Positions 10,022-20,091 of a stretch of 64,000 nucleotides of DNA are shown here, piece by piece. The notes under the pieces are model-generated. The model worked only from the letters and a program-made list of their open reading frames with translations, had not been told where the DNA came from and did no database searches. A program made the translations under genes and the position numbers. Position 1 is the stretch's first letter, and every line of letters begins with the position of its first letter. The stretch spans positions 11,727 through 75,726 of the forward strand of contig DAIOID010000001.1 in the NCBI GenBank assembly GCA_036744355.1, written 5' to 3'. The stretch comes from Brevundimonas sp. (GTDB taxonomy: Bacteria; Pseudomonadota; Alphaproteobacteria; Caulobacterales; Caulobacteraceae).

Positions 10022-10299
10022 AGCGCCGCGTAGTCCTGGACATAGGGGCCGAGCTTCAGGATGACCGCCGCGCCGGCCGCAAATAGCGCCGACGCCGCCG
10101 CCGTGGCGAAGCTCCAGCGAACGAGATGTCGACCGAGCCTGATGATCCGCGCGGGACGAGGCGGCCTCTCCCTGAAGGTCGCGATGGCCGTTTCAGTGAG
10201 ACCGGGACGCGCCTCGCGCGCGACCGGCTCCGGAGAGCGCGGCGGCGCAGCCCGTTCTGAATCGTTCAGCCAGCGGCGGGCGAACTCGTCTAGCGTCAT
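10006..10299 (-). CDS. Hypothetical protein with C-terminal TM helix
   Basis: 97-aa ORF with hydrophobic C-terminal segment. Confidence 0.45.
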   Translation of the reverse strand: MTLDEFARRWLNDSERAAPPRSPEPVAREARPGLTETAIATFRERPPRPARIIRLGRHLVRWSFATAAASALFAAGAAVILKLGPYVQDYAALYLVE

Positions 10300-10465
10300 G
10301 AGCCTGAAATTCAGTCGGGAGGAGAAACCCGTGGACGCGGCACTGTCGGGCTGGCGTGTATTTCACGCGACTAAGCGCGATTGTCTAGAGGCGTGACGCC
10401 GATGTTATTGGGTTTTTCGCTGGACCCGTGTATCGCCTTAACCATCAAGGGCGGGAGGCGGATCG

Positions 10466-10912
10466 ATGGTACGTGAGTCAAGGGTCGTGGCTGTCGTGGC
10501 CGCCGCAGCGATCATGGGAGCGCCAGTCGGCGCCGTGGCTCAGGCTCCCGAGGCGGCCGGTCTCGCGGGAACGATCCGTGAGGCTGTTGCGCGCCTGCGG
10601 GTGCAGGCGACAGCCGGCGCCGCCGAGACGGGAGTCGTCGCCACGGTCGCCGACATCATTGTCACCGCGGCCGTCGCGCCTCCCGCGGCCCTCGGCGCCG
10701 TGCGACTGGCGATCGCCCAGGAAGGGTGCGTCTTCGAGCAGGAACGATGGAATCGTTGGGGCTGCGCCGGTCTGGCCGAGGTGGCGTCTGCGATCCAGGG
10801 GGCGATCGGCGACGGACCCGCCGCGACGGGCGGCGAGGGCGGGGCCCCCATCAGCCAGCCGCCGCAGTTTCCCGGCGGCGGCGCTGACTACAGACCGCCG
10901 GTCGGCGGCTGA
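10466..10912 (+). CDS. Hypothetical secreted protein
   Basis: GGAGG RBS, signal peptide (AVA-Q), two Cys, Gly/Pro-rich tail; first gene of the beta-barrel/wzc operon. Confidence 0.6.
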   Translation: MVRESRVVAVVAAAAIMGAPVGAVAQAPEAAGLAGTIREAVARLRVQATAGAAETGVVATVADIIVTAAVAPPAALGAVRLAIAQEGCVFEQERWNRWGCAGLAEVASAIQGAIGDGPAATGGEGGAPISQPPQFPGGGADYRPPVGG

Positions 10913-10938
10913 AGAGGCACAGACCCAGGGGATGCGAG

Positions 10939-12216
10939 ATGAAGTCTAGAGGCAGCGCGCTGGTCGCCGGCGCAGGAACGGTCATAGCCACGCTCGCCGC
11001 GGCGCATGCGGCTCAGGCGCAGGCGGTCGATCTGTTCGCCCGCGACCGCGCCGTGGCCGTCAAGGATCGGCCTCATCCGGAATACGAGGCCCTGGGATCG
11101 CGGTTCGGGCCCTGGCTGGTGTATCCAAAGGTGCAGACGGATCTGGGCTACGACAGCAACGTCCTCGCGTCAGGAACCAACGAAATCTCCGACACCGTCT
11201 GGACGGTGGCCCCCGAAGCGGAGATCGAGAGTGATTGGGCGCGGCACTCGCTGACGGGCTTCGCGCGCGGTCGGATCATCCGCTACTTCGAGAACGAGTC
11301 CGAGAACACGAACACTTGGTCCGTGGGCGGCGCCGGACGCTACGACATACAACGCGGCAGGAACGTGCGCGGCGACTTCAGCTACGCTCGCGAAGTCGAA
11401 TCCCGGACGGCCTCCAACACGCCGGCATCGATCGCGGAGCCGATCGAATACGATCGGTTCGGCGCCGCTGCCGGTGCGACCTGGACCTACAATCGCCTGC
11501 GGCTCGTCGGCACTGCCGGGCTGGAGACCTATGACTACGAGGACGGCGTCACGATCTCGGGCGACGTCGTGCCCCAGGACACCCGGGATCAAACGACGAC
11601 AACCGCCACCGTCCGGGCGGACTATGCGCTAAGCCCCGCCACCGCGGTCTTCCTTCAGGTAGAGGGCAATCGCCGCCGCTTCGAAACCGGAGACGCCTTG
11701 ACGCCGCTCCGAGATTCGGACGGCATGAACCTGCTGGTCGGCGCCAATTTCGAACTCACGGAGCTGATCCGAGGGGACGTCGGCGCGGGCTACATCACCC
11801 AATCCTACGACGACCCACTGTACGGCGAGCTCAGCGGCTTCAGCGGCCGGGCGCGCCTGGAGTATTTCCTCACGCAGCTCGTCACCCTGGGCTTCACGGC
11901 CAACCGCTCCGTCACGGACTCCGGCATCATCGGTTCGGCCGGCATCCTGACCTCCCGATACGAGGCCACCGCCGACTACGAGTTCCGCCGCAATGTCATC
12001 ATCGAGGGTCGGCTTGGTCTAATCGCAGAAGAGTTCGACACCATCGACCGCGACAATGACACCTACTACGCGGGATTGAGAGCGACCTATCTGCTGAACC
12101 GTTCGGTCGGGGTGACCGGCAGCTACGCCTTTGAGACGCGCAGTTCGTCCGGATCCGACGCCATCAGCGATTATGACGCCCATCGCGTGATCCTCTCTCT
12201 CGTGCTCCAGTACTAA
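10939..12216 (+). CDS. Outer-membrane beta-barrel protein (BBP2-like, EPS-export associated)
   Basis: Signal peptide, YDSNV motif, amphipathic beta strands, C-terminal aromatic residue (LVLQY). Confidence 0.85.
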   Translation: MKSRGSALVAGAGTVIATLAAAHAAQAQAVDLFARDRAVAVKDRPHPEYEALGSRFGPWLVYPKVQTDLGYDSNVLASGTNEISDTVWTVAPEAEIESDWARHSLTGFARGRIIRYFENESENTNTWSVGGAGRYDIQRGRNVRGDFSYAREVESRTASNTPASIAEPIEYDRFGAAAGATWTYNRLRLVGTAGLETYDYEDGVTISGDVVPQDTRDQTTTTATVRADYALSPATAVFLQVEGNRRRFETGDALTPLRDSDGMNLLVGANFELTELIRGDVGAGYITQSYDDPLYGELSGFSGRARLEYFLTQLVTLGFTANRSVTDSGIIGSAGILTSRYEATADYEFRRNVIIEGRLGLIAEEFDTIDRDNDTYYAGLRATYLLNRSVGVTGSYAFETRSSSGSDAISDYDAHRVILSLVLQY

Positions 12217-12242
12217 GCGTCGCGGACCAGCCAGGCCTCACC

Positions 12243-14456
12243 ATGACCGATTCCGGCGTTCAGCCCGCCCCCTCCCCCAGCGCCGAGGCGTTCAGTCTGC
12301 GGACCCTGATCACCACCTTCCGTCGCCGGATGCGGTTGTTCGGCGCGGTGGCTCTGGTGATCTTCCTCGCCGCGCTTCTCGTCACCGCGCGCGCGACGCC
12401 GCGCTATACGGCTCAGGCTCAGGTGATGATGAACGTTCGTCAGTCTCAGGTGCTCGAAAGCCAGCAGGTGCTCTCCAATCTTCCGGCCGAGACGGGCGTG
12501 ATCGACTCTGAGGTGGAGGTGTTGCATTCCCGCGATCTGGCGCGCCAGGTCGCGGAAAACCTGCGCCTCGAGAACGACCCCGAATTCAACTGGGTCCTGC
12601 GCGAACCCGGGGGCCTGTCGGCGATGCTGGCGCGCCTGCAGGGCCGGACGCTTCCGCGGCCGACCCCGCCTTCGACGCCCGAAGAGGTGCGTCTGGGACG
12701 CGAGCGCGCCGCCTCGGCGCTGCGCGGCGGACTGAACGCCCAGCGGATGGGCCTGACCTATATCATCGGCATTAACTTCACTTCGCTGAACCCGGAGAAG
12801 TCGGCCAGGATCGCCAATGCGTTCGCCGAACAGTACATCGCCAATCAGATCGCCGACAAAGGCGGCGCCAATCAGCAGGCCAACGTCTTTCTGGAGCAGC
12901 GGCTGAACGAGCTTCGGGGCGAAGTGCAGCAGGCCGAGGCCGAGGTCGAGCGCTACCGATCGGCGAACAACCTGCTGACTTCCTCCGGTGCGACCCTGAC
13001 GGAGCAGGAGGTCTCGACGTACAACCAGCAGCTCGCGACGGCCCAAGCCGACCAGGCAGTGGAGGAGGCCCGGCTCCGGGCCGCTCGCGGTCAGCTCGCT
13101 CGGGGCTCCACCGGCGGGGACGTCGGGGAAGCGCTGCAGTCCTCGGTTGTCGGTCAGCTCCGGAGCCAACGCTCCCAGGTCGCGGCGCGCGTCGCGGACC
13201 TGCAAGCGCGATACGGCCCCGAGTGGCCGGCGCTGCTTCGAGCGCGGCAGGAACTCGCCGCGATCGACGGCCAGATCGAGGCGGAGATCGGGCGCGTCAT
13301 CTCCAATTTGGAGGCGAGGGTGCAGGTCGCGCGGGATCGGACCGCGTCGCTGCGGGCGACCTTGGGCCGCACGCGCGGGGCGCTCGCCGGCAACAACGCC
13401 GCGAGCGTGCGGCTGAACGAACTCGAGCGCAACGCCGAGAGCGTGCGCACCCTCTATGAAGGGCTGCTTGAGCGCTATCAGGAAACCACCAACCAATCCG
13501 GCAATGAGACGGCCGACAGCCGCCTGCTGTCGGCGGCGCGGGCGCCCGGCGCGCCCAGCTCGCCAAACGTCCCCGTCAACCTGGTCCTCGGCTTCATCCT
13601 CGCTGTCGGCTGCGGACTGGCGGCCGTCGTTCTCGTGGAGCTGATGGACGACGGCCTGATCACCGGCGACGACGTCGAGCAGCGGCTCGGCTTGCCCATG
13701 CTGGGCTCGGTGCCGCTCATGATGTCGGTGGCGGATCGCAAAGACCGGCGGATGGCTCCCACGGACTATCTGATCAATCGCCCGCTTTCCGCCTTCGCCG
13801 AGGCGTTTCGCACCCTTCGGACCTCGATCATGTACGCCAAGCTCGGCGGCGCCCCCAAGGTGGTGGTGGTGACCTCGGCCCTTCCAGGCGAGGGCAAGAC
13901 CACGACGGCGGTGTGCCTTGGCATCTCGGCCGCCCAGGCGGGCCTGAAGGTGGTGATCGTGGATTGCGATATCCGGCGCCGCAACGTCAGCCGTCTCCTC
14001 GGCGTGGAGGCTGATCGCGGGCTGCTCGACGTGCTGGAAGGCACCGCCCCGCTCGCCGAGACCCTCCTCAAGGGCGAGGCTTCCGGTGCATGGGTGCTCC
14101 CGACGGCGAAGCGTGAGTTCACACCCCGCGAGGTCTTCAACACCCCCGAGATGGCGGCCTTGCTCAAGGAGTTGCGCGACGGCTTCGACATGGTGATCCT
14201 CGACACCGCTCCCGTCTTGGCGGTTGCGGAGACGCGCGTCCTCGCCAGCCAAGCCGACGCCGTCATGTTCCTGACGCGGTGGCGCAAGACGCCAGCCAAG
14301 GCGGCGGAGGCGGCCTTGCGCTCCCTGGAACAGTCCAACGCTACGGTGGCGGGCGCGGTGCTGACACAGGTCGATATGCAGGAACAGGCGCGGTACGGCT
14401 ACGGTGATCCCGGCTACTATTACGGCGCCTACAAGGCCTATTACACGCACGAATGA
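12243..14456 (+). CDS. Wzc/ExoP/GumC polysaccharide co-polymerase with tyrosine-kinase domain
   Basis: Two TMs flanking a coiled coil; TSALPGEGKTT Walker A, VDCD, ILDTAP; Tyr-rich C-terminus. Confidence 0.95.
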   Translation: MTDSGVQPAPSPSAEAFSLRTLITTFRRRMRLFGAVALVIFLAALLVTARATPRYTAQAQVMMNVRQSQVLESQQVLSNLPAETGVIDSEVEVLHSRDLARQVAENLRLENDPEFNWVLREPGGLSAMLARLQGRTLPRPTPPSTPEEVRLGRERAASALRGGLNAQRMGLTYIIGINFTSLNPEKSARIANAFAEQYIANQIADKGGANQQANVFLEQRLNELRGEVQQAEAEVERYRSANNLLTSSGATLTEQEVSTYNQQLATAQADQAVEEARLRAARGQLARGSTGGDVGEALQSSVVGQLRSQRSQVAARVADLQARYGPEWPALLRARQELAAIDGQIEAEIGRVISNLEARVQVARDRTASLRATLGRTRGALAGNNAASVRLNELERNAESVRTLYEGLLERYQETTNQSGNETADSRLLSAARAPGAPSSPNVPVNLVLGFILAVGCGLAAVVLVELMDDGLITGDDVEQRLGLPMLGSVPLMMSVADRKDRRMAPTDYLINRPLSAFAEAFRTLRTSIMYAKLGGAPKVVVVTSALPGEGKTTTAVCLGISAAQAGLKVVIVDCDIRRRNVSRLLGVEADRGLLDVLEGTAPLAETLLKGEASGAWVLPTAKREFTPREVFNTPEMAALLKELRDGFDMVILDTAPVLAVAETRVLASQADAVMFLTRWRKTPAKAAEAALRSLEQSNATVAGAVLTQVDMQEQARYGYGDPGYYYGAYKAYYTHE

Positions 14457-15778
14457 GGCGATCAACGAAAGCGCCGTCGCTCCGTCCGGCGCTGTGGACC
14501 GGACATCTCACGCTCGTCGTCCTGTTCATGGCCATGCTGTTGGGCGGAGCGGTTGGCGCCACGGAAGGCCTCGCCCTGTGTCTCGTCCTGGCGTCGATCC
14601 TCCTGCTCGCCTGGAGCGCCGCACCCAGCCCTGTCCCGATGCGGCGCCTGGCGTGGCCGGCGGCGGGCCTGGCCCTGACCCTGATCGTCGCGATCACGAC
14701 CGTGCTTCCAGTATTCCCGGGCATGATGCGCGGCGGGCTCCTCGCGCCGGTGGGGGGCGCGACGCTGTCGATCGCGCCGGCGGCCACGCTGGCGGAGATC
14801 GCCAAACTGGGGGGGATCGGATGCGCCTTTGTCTGCGGGGTGCTGGCCAGCGGCGGTCACCGGAGCGGGGCGCGGCTCTCGATCCTGTGCGCCGGGCTGA
14901 CGACGGGGTGGGCCGCCTGGAGCTTGGTGCTGCTGGCGACGACCGGCGCGGGGAGGCTGGGCGCCCCGTTCCTTAGTCCCAACACGGCTGCGACCCTGTT
15001 GGGCGTCGGATGCGTGCTGACGCTCGGACGGTTTTTGGCGAAGGGGCCTTCCGCGTCGCCCGGACGTAGAGACGCGGCCCGATTGGCGGCGCTGGGCGGA
15101 GCCTTGGGCGTGCAGCTGTTCAGCCTCCTGCTCACCCAGTCTCGGGCCGGGGTCGCCGTCACCCTCCTGGCCATGGCGGGACTGGTCGTGGCCACGCGCG
15201 CCTCCGGGCAGGCGCGGGGGAGCCCAGGCGATTGGCTCTGGGGCGCCGCGGCGGCGCTCGCTGCCCTTGTCGTGGCGGAGGCGGGACGAGCGGTGCTTGT
15301 GCGCATCCGCGCCCTGGCCGACGACGCGGGCGACCGGACCGAAATCTTCAACCTGTACGGCCGGGCCTTCCTCGATGCGCCGGCTTTCGGATCCGGCCTG
15401 GGCACGGGGAGCTATCTGACCAAGCTCGGCCTGACCCCGACGAACTACGACAGTCTCTGGAACGTGCAGAGCGCGCACAACTGGGTGCTGCAGTGGCTGG
15501 CGGAAGGGGGGCTCGCGGGGGCGACGCCGATGTTCGCCGCCGTCGGCGTCGTCCTGTGGCGCGCCGTCCGCGGCCTGGACACCGCCACGGGGCCGCTGCT
15601 GCTGCCGCTTCTGTTCGCGGACGCCGTGGTGCTGGGGCACGGTCTGACGGACTTCGGCCTGCAGATTCCCGCGCTCGCCCTCTACTGGAGTTTCCTGCTC
15701 GGGCTGCAGGTCGCTATAGCGGAGAGGGCCCGGGAGAGGGCCGGTCGGGCGCGCGCGCCCGGGAGGTCCGAAGCATGA
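14453..15778 (+). CDS. O-antigen ligase/Wzy_C family membrane protein
   Basis: Multi-TM; LTQSRAG, GSGLG, AHNWVLQWLAEGG motifs; ATGA overlaps on both sides. Confidence 0.85.
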   Translation: MRRSTKAPSLRPALWTGHLTLVVLFMAMLLGGAVGATEGLALCLVLASILLLAWSAAPSPVPMRRLAWPAAGLALTLIVAITTVLPVFPGMMRGGLLAPVGGATLSIAPAATLAEIAKLGGIGCAFVCGVLASGGHRSGARLSILCAGLTTGWAAWSLVLLATTGAGRLGAPFLSPNTAATLLGVGCVLTLGRFLAKGPSASPGRRDAARLAALGGALGVQLFSLLLTQSRAGVAVTLLAMAGLVVATRASGQARGSPGDWLWGAAAALAALVVAEAGRAVLVRIRALADDAGDRTEIFNLYGRAFLDAPAFGSGLGTGSYLTKLGLTPTNYDSLWNVQSAHNWVLQWLAEGGLAGATPMFAAVGVVLWRAVRGLDTATGPLLLPLLFADAVVLGHGLTDFGLQIPALALYWSFLLGLQVAIAERARERAGRARAPGRSEA

Positions 15779-16779
15779 ACGTCAAGCCCCCGCTGCCGGC
15801 CGACGTCGCCGTCGTCATCGCCGCCTACAACGCCGCGGACACCATTGCGATCGCGGTTCGCAGCGCCCTTGCCGAGCCTGAGGTGACCGAGGTCTGGGTC
15901 GTCGACGACGCCTCCCGCGACGGCACCGCGGCGCGGGCCAAGGCGTGCGACGACGGCTCCGGACGCCTGCGCGTGCTGCGCCAGCGCAAGAACGGCGGCC
16001 CGTCGGCCGCGCGCAATCTCGCCCTCGCGGCGACGCGGGCGAGCTGGATCTGCGTTCTCGACGCCGACGATCGCTTCGCGCCGGGGCGCATCGGCCGATT
16101 GCTCGCCGCGCCGGTGCAGGCGGACCTGATCGCCGACGGCGTGACGAAGGTCGCCGATCTCGGCGAGCATCTCGGACCTTGGGACCAGGCGCAAGGCGGC
16201 TGGAGACAGATCGGCCTGGCGGAGTTCATCGAGGGAAACGTAAGCCGGCGCGGCCGTCATCGCGAGGAGCTCGGTTTCATCAAACCCCTGATGTCGACCG
16301 GCTTCCTCCGACGGCACGGGATCACCTACGCCGCCGATCTTCGGCTCGGCGAGGATTTCCTTCTCTACGCCAAGGCGCTCGCGCATGGCGGCGCGCTCGC
16401 GCTGGGCCCGCCCCAGGGTTATCTCGCTCTGACCCGCCCGGACTCCCTCAGCGCCCGCCATTCGATCGCTGATCTTCTTGCACTCAGGGATTGCACCCCC
16501 ACGCTCGAAGGCGTCCGGTCGCTCTCGGAGGCCGAGCGCCGCGCCGTTCGCCGGCATTGGCGGAGCGTCGATGATCGCCTGCAGTGGCGCCGCCTCATAG
16601 AGGCGGTCAAGACGAGGGATTTCCGTTCGGCGGCGGCCACTTTTCATGATCTGCGGGCCGGCCTGCATCTGGCCGGCAAACTGCTGGAGCAGGCGAGGCT
16701 CCGGGCGACCGCGCGCTTCAGCGGCGCGGCGGCGTCGCAAGCCCGCGAAGGAAGCCCCACGACCACCCGAAATGCATGA
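15775..16779 (+). CDS. GT2 glycosyltransferase (ExoU/ExoO-like)
   Basis: VVIAAYNA, VVDDASRD, GPSAARN, LDADD, LGFIKP, LRLGEDF; ATG at 15775. Confidence 0.9.
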   Translation: MNVKPPLPADVAVVIAAYNAADTIAIAVRSALAEPEVTEVWVVDDASRDGTAARAKACDDGSGRLRVLRQRKNGGPSAARNLALAATRASWICVLDADDRFAPGRIGRLLAAPVQADLIADGVTKVADLGEHLGPWDQAQGGWRQIGLAEFIEGNVSRRGRHREELGFIKPLMSTGFLRRHGITYAADLRLGEDFLLYAKALAHGGALALGPPQGYLALTRPDSLSARHSIADLLALRDCTPTLEGVRSLSEAERRAVRRHWRSVDDRLQWRRLIEAVKTRDFRSAAATFHDLRAGLHLAGKLLEQARLRATARFSGAAASQAREGSPTTTRNA

Positions 16780-17707
16780 TCATGGCCGCCAACCCCGAGG
16801 CGTAGCCGCACAGGGGCGCCCGGGCCGCGACGGCGGCCGCCGCGCCGCCTATGAGGCAGACGGCTAGCCAAAGCCCCGTCGGCGCCGCCAGGACGAAGGC
16901 GGCCGGATGACCGACCCCCGCGCAGGCGCCGACGACGCCCAGGGCGACCGCCGGCGCGACGCCTGCGGGGGCGAGCTGTCGAAGCTTCAACGGCGTGCGG
17001 TGGAGGCGGACCGTTCGAGCCCGCCCCCGGCCATGGTTGACGTATTGCCTCAGGAGAGCGGTCGGCGACCGGCGCGGCACATAGTCGATGCCGAGATCGC
17101 CCTGGAACCAGATCCGGCCGCCCCAACCGGCCAGCCGAAGATCGAACTCGGCGTCTTCATTGTGGCTGAAGTCGGCGTTGTAGCCGTCGATCGCCTCGAA
17201 CGCCGCGCGTCGCATGAGGGCGTGGTGGCCGTGATCGATCCAGCCGCTCGGCCCGCCGACGCGGTGTGCGGATCCCCCGGCGCCGATGGCGGCGTTCTGC
17301 GCCGTCGCGGCGGCCGTCTGGAAGCAGCCGTCGCCCACTGTCCGCATGGGGACGACGACGGAGTCCGCCCCCGTGGCGTGAGCGGCGGCGAGAAGTCTGG
17401 CGACATAGGCCCTTGGATAGCGCGCATGGGCGTCCACCCGAACGAGCCAGTCCTTGTCGCGGCCGTGTTCGGCGACCGCGGCGTTGACCCCGGCGCTCTG
17501 GAGCCGCGCGGCGTTGCGCACCAGCCTGACGCGGCCGTCGCGCGCGCGCCAACGCTCCACAATATCGAGGCTTCCGTCCGTGCTCCCGCCGTCGGCGATC
17601 GCGAGGAGGTCGCAGGCGCCGGCCTCGGACAGCAGGGATCCGATGAGACGGTCCAGGTGCGCCGCCTCGTTGAGACAGGGGATGACGATCAGGACGGCGT
17701 CAGGCAC
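16718..17707 (-). CDS. exoA: GT2 glycosyltransferase, ExoA-like
   Basis: IPCLNEA, ADGGSTD, RVDAH, DHGHHAL, FSHNEDAE, QY.NHGRGRA; lies directly downstream of the exoL-like gene. Confidence 0.8.
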   Translation of the reverse strand: MPDAVLIVIPCLNEAAHLDRLIGSLLSEAGACDLLAIADGGSTDGSLDIVERWRARDGRVRLVRNAARLQSAGVNAAVAEHGRDKDWLVRVDAHARYPRAYVARLLAAAHATGADSVVVPMRTVGDGCFQTAAATAQNAAIGAGGSAHRVGGPSGWIDHGHHALMRRAAFEAIDGYNADFSHNEDAEFDLRLAGWGGRIWFQGDLGIDYVPRRSPTALLRQYVNHGRGRARTVRLHRTPLKLRQLAPAGVAPAVALGVVGACAGVGHPAAFVLAAPTGLWLAVCLIGGAAAAVAARAPLCGYASGLAAMIMHFGWSWGFLRGLATPPRR

Positions 17708-18845
17708 GCGGCGGCTCCAGGACGGTCTGCACCAGGCGGACGCAATCCTCGCGGTCGGCGAGGAGGTGGATGCGCGGGATGTCGGCGACTGCGCCCAGCC
17801 GCGCCTTGTAGTCCGCCGCGGTCAGGGTTTCAAAAAACGGAAGGAGATCGCGCTCAACCGAGTCCAGCAGAACACCCGCGCCTCGCGCGGCGAGCCAGCG
17901 GCCGGTCTCCACGCCGCGTTCGGCGATAAGGGGCCGGCCATGGGCCTCGCCCTCATAGAGGCGGTTGGGCAGCAGCCAGGCGGAGTTGAGCCCGGCCTCG
18001 AAGAAGTCCACGCCCCAGACGAAATGGACGTCGCCGTAGAGTGCGGCCAAGTCCTCGGCCGCATAGGGGCCGCCGTAGACGAGGCCGGGACGACCGGCCG
18101 TGAGGGCCGCGAAATCCTCGCCGAACACCGCCGGGGAGGGCCGCCCGCGTATGACCACCTCGACGGCTCCTCCGGACCGGGCCGCGAGATCGGCGAGAAT
18201 GTCCAGGCTCCGCCGGCAACGCAGCATGCCGAACCAGCCGATCCGCCACGGCGGCGCCTCCGGAGGAGGGCGGGGAGCGGGGGGCGAGGCGTCAAGCACG
18301 AGCACCTTGTTCTCGATCAGAAGGCGGGGAGGGCGGCGGGGGCTCCGTCGACTGAAATAGACGCGGTCGAAGGCGGGAGAGCTGATGACGAGCAGGTTCA
18401 CGCGACGGAGCAGCAGGGATTCCACCGCCCTGAGCATCCGTCCCGCCAGGCCATCGCCCAGCATCATTCGGTGAATGTCGAGCACTTCATACGTAAGGGG
18501 TGCGCGTGATCCCGCCAGAAACAGGGCCGCCCGGGCCAAAACCAGCATCTCGAGGTTGCGCGCGATGACGGCGTCGCGGCCCCGCGCCATGCGCCGCAGG
18601 CGCCCCGGGCGCGACAGTTGCGACAGGACGGCCAGCGCACGCTGCAGCAGGGCGGCGTCGCGGGTGCGGCCGAGCACGGCGTCGGCCGATTCCGGCGCCG
18701 CCGCCCCGCCACGTACGAAGCCCGAGACGGCGACCGTCGCGCCGCCGGCCTGCAGCATGGTCCGCCGGCGCCGCACGGCCGGATCGCTGAGGTCGGGCGT
18801 CAGGTAGAGAACCTCGCCGGCGGCCTTGGCTTGGTCAGGCCTCAT
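17700..18845 (-). CDS. exoL: ExoL-like glucosyltransferase
   Basis: DPAVRRR..ML, ARNLEML, YEVLDIH, ENKV, IGWFGMLRCRRS, NSAWLLPNRLYE; ATG at 18845. Confidence 0.8.
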   Translation of the reverse strand: MRPDQAKAAGEVLYLTPDLSDPAVRRRRTMLQAGGATVAVSGFVRGGAAAPESADAVLGRTRDAALLQRALAVLSQLSRPGRLRRMARGRDAVIARNLEMLVLARAALFLAGSRAPLTYEVLDIHRMMLGDGLAGRMLRAVESLLLRRVNLLVISSPAFDRVYFSRRSPRRPPRLLIENKVLVLDASPPAPRPPPEAPPWRIGWFGMLRCRRSLDILADLAARSGGAVEVVIRGRPSPAVFGEDFAALTAGRPGLVYGGPYAAEDLAALYGDVHFVWGVDFFEAGLNSAWLLPNRLYEGEAHGRPLIAERGVETGRWLAARGAGVLLDSVERDLLPFFETLTAADYKARLGAVADIPRIHLLADREDCVRLVQTVLEPPRA

Positions 18846-19935
18846 GGCGGCGCTCCCGAGGCGGGCTGGCGCGCCGCGCAGATTCGCTGGCGGCCATAAG
18901 CAGCCAGCTGTGCGGGAGATCCCGGCGGCGATCGCTGATTGCGGCGAGCAAACGCCGGCGACGGATCCAGGCGTCGGTCGAGGCCGGCGCCAGCAGCATC
19001 GCCTGCAGATCCTGATCGCCGACCTCGTCCAGGATCGGCCGAGACGGCGTCGCGCGCGGCCGCCCGAAGACCGCATCGACGCTTCGGACGGCCAGGTCGA
19101 GCGTTCGTCGCACGCCCTGCAGATCCGCTTCGGCGGCGACGGCGTCCCAGGCCGGGGCGGAGAGGCGGTCCAGCATCCACGCGACGTCGGCCGCGTACCG
19201 TCCCGCCGGTTCGCGGTGGTGCAGGGCCTTAACCAGGCTCATGGCCGCCACCAGCAGGGCGTGGTCGTCACGCAGGACCAGGACCTCGCCGCCCGGGGCC
19301 GCTCGTCGCCGGGCTTCGGCGAGAAAGCGATCCGGCGCCCGCGGCAGCGGACACCCCGGTTGCTGGATGCGGTGGTGCAGGTCGATGGTCTGACTGGCGC
19401 CCGGCGCGCGGAACTGCTGCTCGGCGAGGAACCGGCGCCACCAGATCGTATCGGTATGGGGGTCGAGGGCGTAGCCGGCCTCCATAAGGCGCGTCGCGAC
19501 GGCGGCGTAGTGCCGCGGCGCGGTGAGGATGTCGACGTCGGACGACGGCCGGGCGAAGGGCGTGCCGTAGAGGTGTTCCTGCAGCAGGACGCCCTTGTAG
19601 ACAACCGCCGGCACAGGAAGATCGGCGAGAAGGCGGACCAGCTTTCGCATCAGCAGCAGGCTTTCGCCGTTCATACGCGCGGTCAGTCCCCTGAAGGCGG
19701 CGATCGTCTCGGCGACCCTGCGATCGTCGGACCGCGCCGCGAGCGTCGGTCCCGCGAGCCCGAGCAGCCGGTTCTGGGCTAGGATGACCGAGGCGGCCTC
19801 TGCATCGGAGGCGCCGCCGCGCAGCGGTTCGCCGTCACGCCAGGCGCGAAGCGTGGCGACGGCCGTATCGAGGCCTGTGATCGTGCCGGTCGCAGCCGCA
19901 GGTCCGGGTCCAGGAAGCGCGCGGGACGAAGCCAT
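18835..19935 (-). CDS. Nucleotidyltransferase family protein (NTP_transf_5-like), lasso-cluster associated
   Basis: YKG..L...LYG....RPSSDVDIL and IDLHH motifs; divergent from the lasso precursor; 11-bp overlap with the exoL-like start. Confidence 0.8.
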   Translation of the reverse strand: MASSRALPGPGPAAATGTITGLDTAVATLRAWRDGEPLRGGASDAEAASVILAQNRLLGLAGPTLAARSDDRRVAETIAAFRGLTARMNGESLLLMRKLVRLLADLPVPAVVYKGVLLQEHLYGTPFARPSSDVDILTAPRHYAAVATRLMEAGYALDPHTDTIWWRRFLAEQQFRAPGASQTIDLHHRIQQPGCPLPRAPDRFLAEARRRAAPGGEVLVLRDDHALLVAAMSLVKALHHREPAGRYAADVAWMLDRLSAPAWDAVAAEADLQGVRRTLDLAVRSVDAVFGRPRATPSRPILDEVGDQDLQAMLLAPASTDAWIRRRRLLAAISDRRRDLPHSWLLMAASESARRASPPRERRHEA

Positions 19936-20042
19936 GGAATACGCCTGAGAGGGGAAACTGTGCTGGAATGTCAACACCTAACAGACGCCGGCGGCATCTC
20001 TTAGAACTTTGTTCGCTTTCTCGTTGACTCGGAAGCCTTATC

Positions 20043-20058
20043 GTTAAAGAGATGTAAA
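20043..20058 (-). promoter_or_regulatory. Possible CtrA-like box in the divergent NTase/lasso promoter
   Basis: Minus strand reads TTTA-catctct-TTAAC, one mismatch from TTAA-N7-TTAAC, in an AT-rich spacer. Confidence 0.3.
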
Positions 20059-20091
20059 TGCTGTTCCGACCACCTAAGGAGGGAGACTCCG

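Noticed and set aside
10438..10445. TTAACCAT CtrA half-site upstream of the beta-barrel operon
   Set aside because: Half-site only; too weak alone
12213..14465. Long antisense ORFs (also 555-2102, 20862-22919, 53827-55920, 55917-59198)
   Set aside because: Mirror frames of well-supported genes, expected in high-GC DNA; no motifs
8641..16779. Caulobacter holdfast (hfs/hfa) locus
   Set aside because: No recognisable HfsH deacetylase, HfsJ or Hfa anchor genes; the glycosyltransferases look Exo-like
20004..20014. GAAC-TTT-GTTC palindrome in the lasso promoter as a LexA box
   Set aside because: Does not match the alphaproteobacterial GTTC-N7-GTTC direct repeat
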